A stretch of DNA of 64,000 bases from Catajapyx aquilonaris (lineage: Eukaryota): the NCBI GenBank assembly GCA_000934665.2, contig KZ538353.1, forward strand, positions 1 through 64,000. Direction: 5' to 3'. A program made the position numbers and the translations under genes. A model generated the notes under the pieces. It had not been told where the DNA came from, ran no database searches, and saw only the letters and a program-made list of their open reading frames with translations. The stretch's first letter is position 1. Every line of letters begins with the position of its first letter. This document shows, in pieces, positions 60,421-64,000 of the stretch.

Positions 60421-63400
60421 GCCCGGGGAAAGAAGGAAAGGGAGCTGCTGGGTGTTGGAAAAGCTACATCATTTGGGTGTAGTTAATCGTTAAGAGTTAA
60501 TGGTCGAACAAGCTGTTCGATTAGAACCCCGGGGAAGTCGCTGCGTTCATTTCGAGCGATCGGTGACGGATCTTGGGGGGCCAGGATTTGGGTGGGTGCT
60601 TCCAGGAGAAGGGGGGGTTCTCGGCACTACGGGGCCGCGACCATTTTTCTACTTTATGAGGTGCACATGAGGCGCGGAGTATGAGTTTATTCGGTACGGT
60701 TTGACAGGGTGCACAGCACGTGGGCACGATGGCTGCGTTGCTTAGTGCCGGCCCCGACACGATTTTTTTCCATAAAAGACGGAGGAGCGGGGGGGTTGTC
60801 GCGGCGGCTGCACGAGATATTTTCTTCTTTCCTGCTCCCTGGCTATATAAGTTCCTATTAAATCAGCGCTAACTCATTCGAGCAAACGGGAGTGCACGGG
60901 ACGGGCACTATAACACGTATAACACATTATGGAAATCAATCCCTTCAGCAATCCCCGCTCGCGATGATTGATCCGATCTGATTACTCGGTGCCTAAAAAT
61001 TGTATTATGGGAAGTGCCGCATGTGTTCTTGCTGGTGCATACCAATAACATTTTGGCAAACAAATGGTAGCCGCCCTTCTGCTGAGGGGGTAATAGAGTG
61101 CAGTTTAGATTGTGGTTGTTTTACTGGCCAAAGAAACCGCTATGGGCACCGCTCACTTCCTATTTCCCTTTCACCCTCTATCCTGCGTGCCTTTTCTGTC
61201 CTCACGTTCCGCCTTTTGTTGGCAGTCCTTCGGGCCTTGACAGAAGCCGGACTCGTTGTTGCCACAGTGCTTCCAGCTCCTTTGAAACTAGGGGGGAATA
61301 TCAGAGAAACGTACCGGTATAGAACCAAATAATGTGACCAACAAGTTGACAGAAAGACCGTTTTTTCCCCCCTTTACTCCACAAAATGCGGAATGTTCTT
61401 TTAGGCCGGATAGTGGACAGACCATGGCCGTCGTTCTCGTAAAGGACAAGTTTTCTTCTTTTTAAAACATGCACGACCAGCAGTACGCTTACAGGGGACT
61501 TGTTGACTTTAGTCGACTTGCTAAACGTTGTCTTTAATAATGGTGTTTACAATGGCTCCAACGGAGAATTTATGTGGATTGAAATTTATGTATATAATTA
61601 TAAGACGTTAGTGGTGTTTTTATGATGATCACCATTTCCGTATTTGCAGAATGTTTTCAATAATATGCGGCGTTGGTTTTGTTGTCATGTCGGCCGTTTT
61701 CTAACATCGTGGACCGTGCTGTACGATGTACTATAAATGTCTGGAAGTCAAGTTCCAAAAATTACCCGATCCAAAATTTACACCGCGCAATTTATTAGGT
61801 GCAGATTTTACGGCGTGCAGGCCGCAAGGCAACGTGTCGGCATTTCTGTTTCGGCGACGGAAACTGCCCACTTAAAAATCCGCAGTTGCGCTTACTGCGC
61901 GCGTAATTCTGAGGAACACTCCGGGACTGAAGTTTGCAGCTTTTACGTATGTGTACTATGTGGCGTCAAGTTTTCGTTCCCAACAACCATCGCCCGGGGG
62001 GGATCCAAGGATAGTTAGGGGCATAACATGGGTCCTATCGACCCCGCAGGGAGTTCTTGGAAAGTGTCCATAAAAGGAGAATTTTCGGAGAGAGCCGGCG
62101 TTTACAAGTTTTATTGGTGTGAACAAGAAAGAAGAATTATTTGGGCTGTATAGGTTTCGGTGGGCCTTGGGAAGTATATAGGGAGGCGGGAAGGAGAGAG
62201 TGTCTTGTCCTGCATGAGATGAGGAGATAAAGAGGGGAAGGGTCGGATGGATGGCCAGGTGCTGCCCCCCACTGCATCGCACAAGACCTGAAGGGCGGTG
62301 GTGGAGGGGGACCCAAAGAGACTTGCCTTCCTGCCTCTCCCTTCAGGACACAGAAAGGGCTTGGCAGAGGGATTGACTTTTGGGGGGGACAGTTGTAAAG
62401 TGTACCGCTGCTGGGTTGTCACCTCCTCGGCCATGGATGCTACATTGGCATGGTCCAGTTTACGTGTAAATGACCTTTGAGGCTCGTTGGTGTGTGCAGA
62501 AGCGCAAGTTTGAGACGCGTTGACCCCGTTGTCACACCTCCACTGTTTTATTGAGCCCCTCTGGGCCGTGGCAATGGGGGACAAATTCCTCTCCCAGCAG
62601 AGTGGGGGGAGAGTTTTATGGAGACACGGTTCGTTTGAGTAGAGTGTCCGATGGGACTTTTGGGGGCAGAACTAGTCCTCCTTGTTGGCCCGATTGGAGA
62701 TCCTAAAAGTGGCCCTGGGACATGGCCACCTGGTGGCGGCAGTGTTCTAATTGGAGCTCTCACTTCCACGCCATTAGGACACATCATAAATTTAGCTCTC
62801 GTAAAATTGTCCTGCAATAAAGTGCTTCTGTTTTTCGGGGAGAGGAAGACGCTGACTGAGCCGGGCCGGCCACGGTAGCTTTCTCCACTTACATACCAGC
62901 GGAAGGGCCTTTTGTATGAACTTGGGACATGGACAATAACCAGATTTATGCTGTCGTCTCCAATATCCCCGTGTCGTAAATACTGGAGAGTTGTCAGCAG
63001 ACCCGAATATTTTAAACTCCACTCCTGCTGTAATAACTCCAGTATTAAAACTCGGGTCGCGTATGTGATGTGCGTAGGGAAAGTGGTTGTAACAGTTTCG
63101 ACGGCTATAATGCATGTTGTTGCGGAATGTAGTATCAATGTCATGTCGCAATCAGTTTAGTTCTCAATTTTCACCGCCAGTTGTCAGCTTCTTTCAGTGC
63201 TCAGCGAGCAGAGAAGCAACAATAAGATTAGTAACTATTTGATATATTTTTTAAAAGTATACCGGTCTGTTGGAGAGGTCGCAAACTAAAAAAACTTCCA
63301 TTTAATAAAGCACTATTTTGCTGCATTTATTTATGCAGGGTGTTGCATATATTATTTTTTGTTATTCATTGTTCTACATGCCACATTTTTACTGTGCCAC

Positions 63401-64000
63401 ATTTTAGAGATTTAGGCGAACTTGTCTCACTTTTTTCTGGCCTGGACCCCACATTGTCACTGCATTTTATATTTCTCTTGGCCCATAGAATCGCGCGATA
63501 AAGTGGGGTTGGTATTATGACACACAGTGCGCAGTTTACAATCGGTGGATTAACTGAAATGCGGAATCAATATCGAAATAAGCAATAGAGCAAAATAAAT
63601 TAGGGTTTAATCAGTTTCATCTTGTAAACATGATGATGAAATTAAGTAATTATATTTGGTGTAACTTTTCGATAGAAGTTAATGCATTGAACATCCTCAA
63701 AAATGTGTATACACGTGTACTTCATAATATGGACTGCTTGAACAGCTGCTCGCTTCTGATCGTCACTGTCATTTTGTAATCCGGGATAAGTTTCCCTTGA
63801 AGCGCCACAATTTTTAGTGAAGTTGTTCATAAAAATGTAACACAAGAAAGTGAAAGTCACTTTCGACTTATCTGTTCAGTGTGGTATTTCTGAAAGCCGC
63901 ACGCAATATTGTGCTTTTCTCACATGTAGGCCTATTGATGTAAAGTCTTCACAGTTCTCTAGAACATGGCAGTAGTGGCTTATATGATGGCTGATTTCTT

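Larger units (their letters stand above)
17887..64000 (+). other. Very large RNF220 intron (>46 kb, open-ended)
   Basis: Strong donor at 17887. I found no exon encoding the expected CPxC zinc motif or RING domain downstream, and the ORFs here have no recognisable homology. A small exon or one hidden in a gap cannot be excluded. Confidence 0.7.

Overview
Eukaryotic (metazoan, most likely arthropod/hexapod) genomic DNA from a draft assembly with N gaps at G/C runs. It holds three spliced protein-coding genes. (1) A complete 7-exon SERBP1/HABP4 (vig-like) RNA/ribosome-binding gene on the minus strand (CDS 10808->5490, 574 aa), plus a candidate 30-nt microexon. (2) A complete 2-exon ZNF367 C2H2 zinc-finger gene on the plus strand (12086-13673, 356 aa), head-to-head with SERBP1 across about 1.3 kb carrying E2F/CRE/NRF1-type motifs. 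(3) The first two coding exons of RNF220 (teyrha-meyrha-like E3 ligase; 16540-16653, 17319-17886), followed by more than 46 kb in which I found no further exon. Mobile DNA includes a long-TIR element containing a V-domain tRNA-SINE, other SINE fragments, a palindromic pair of decayed mariner transposase 3' halves and a pogo-type MITE. The most interesting signals are the SERBP1/HABP4-ZNF367 head-to-head pair (apparently the same arrangement as human HABP4-ZNF367), a giant RNF220 intron at what appears to be the same position and phase as in human, and a spacerless diverged palindrome of about 600 bp centred at 1805/1806 that looks like a duplicated bidirectional promoter. Comparisons with human genes come from memory and need database confirmation. 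There are no prokaryotic systems, CRISPR arrays, rRNA or intact tRNA genes.
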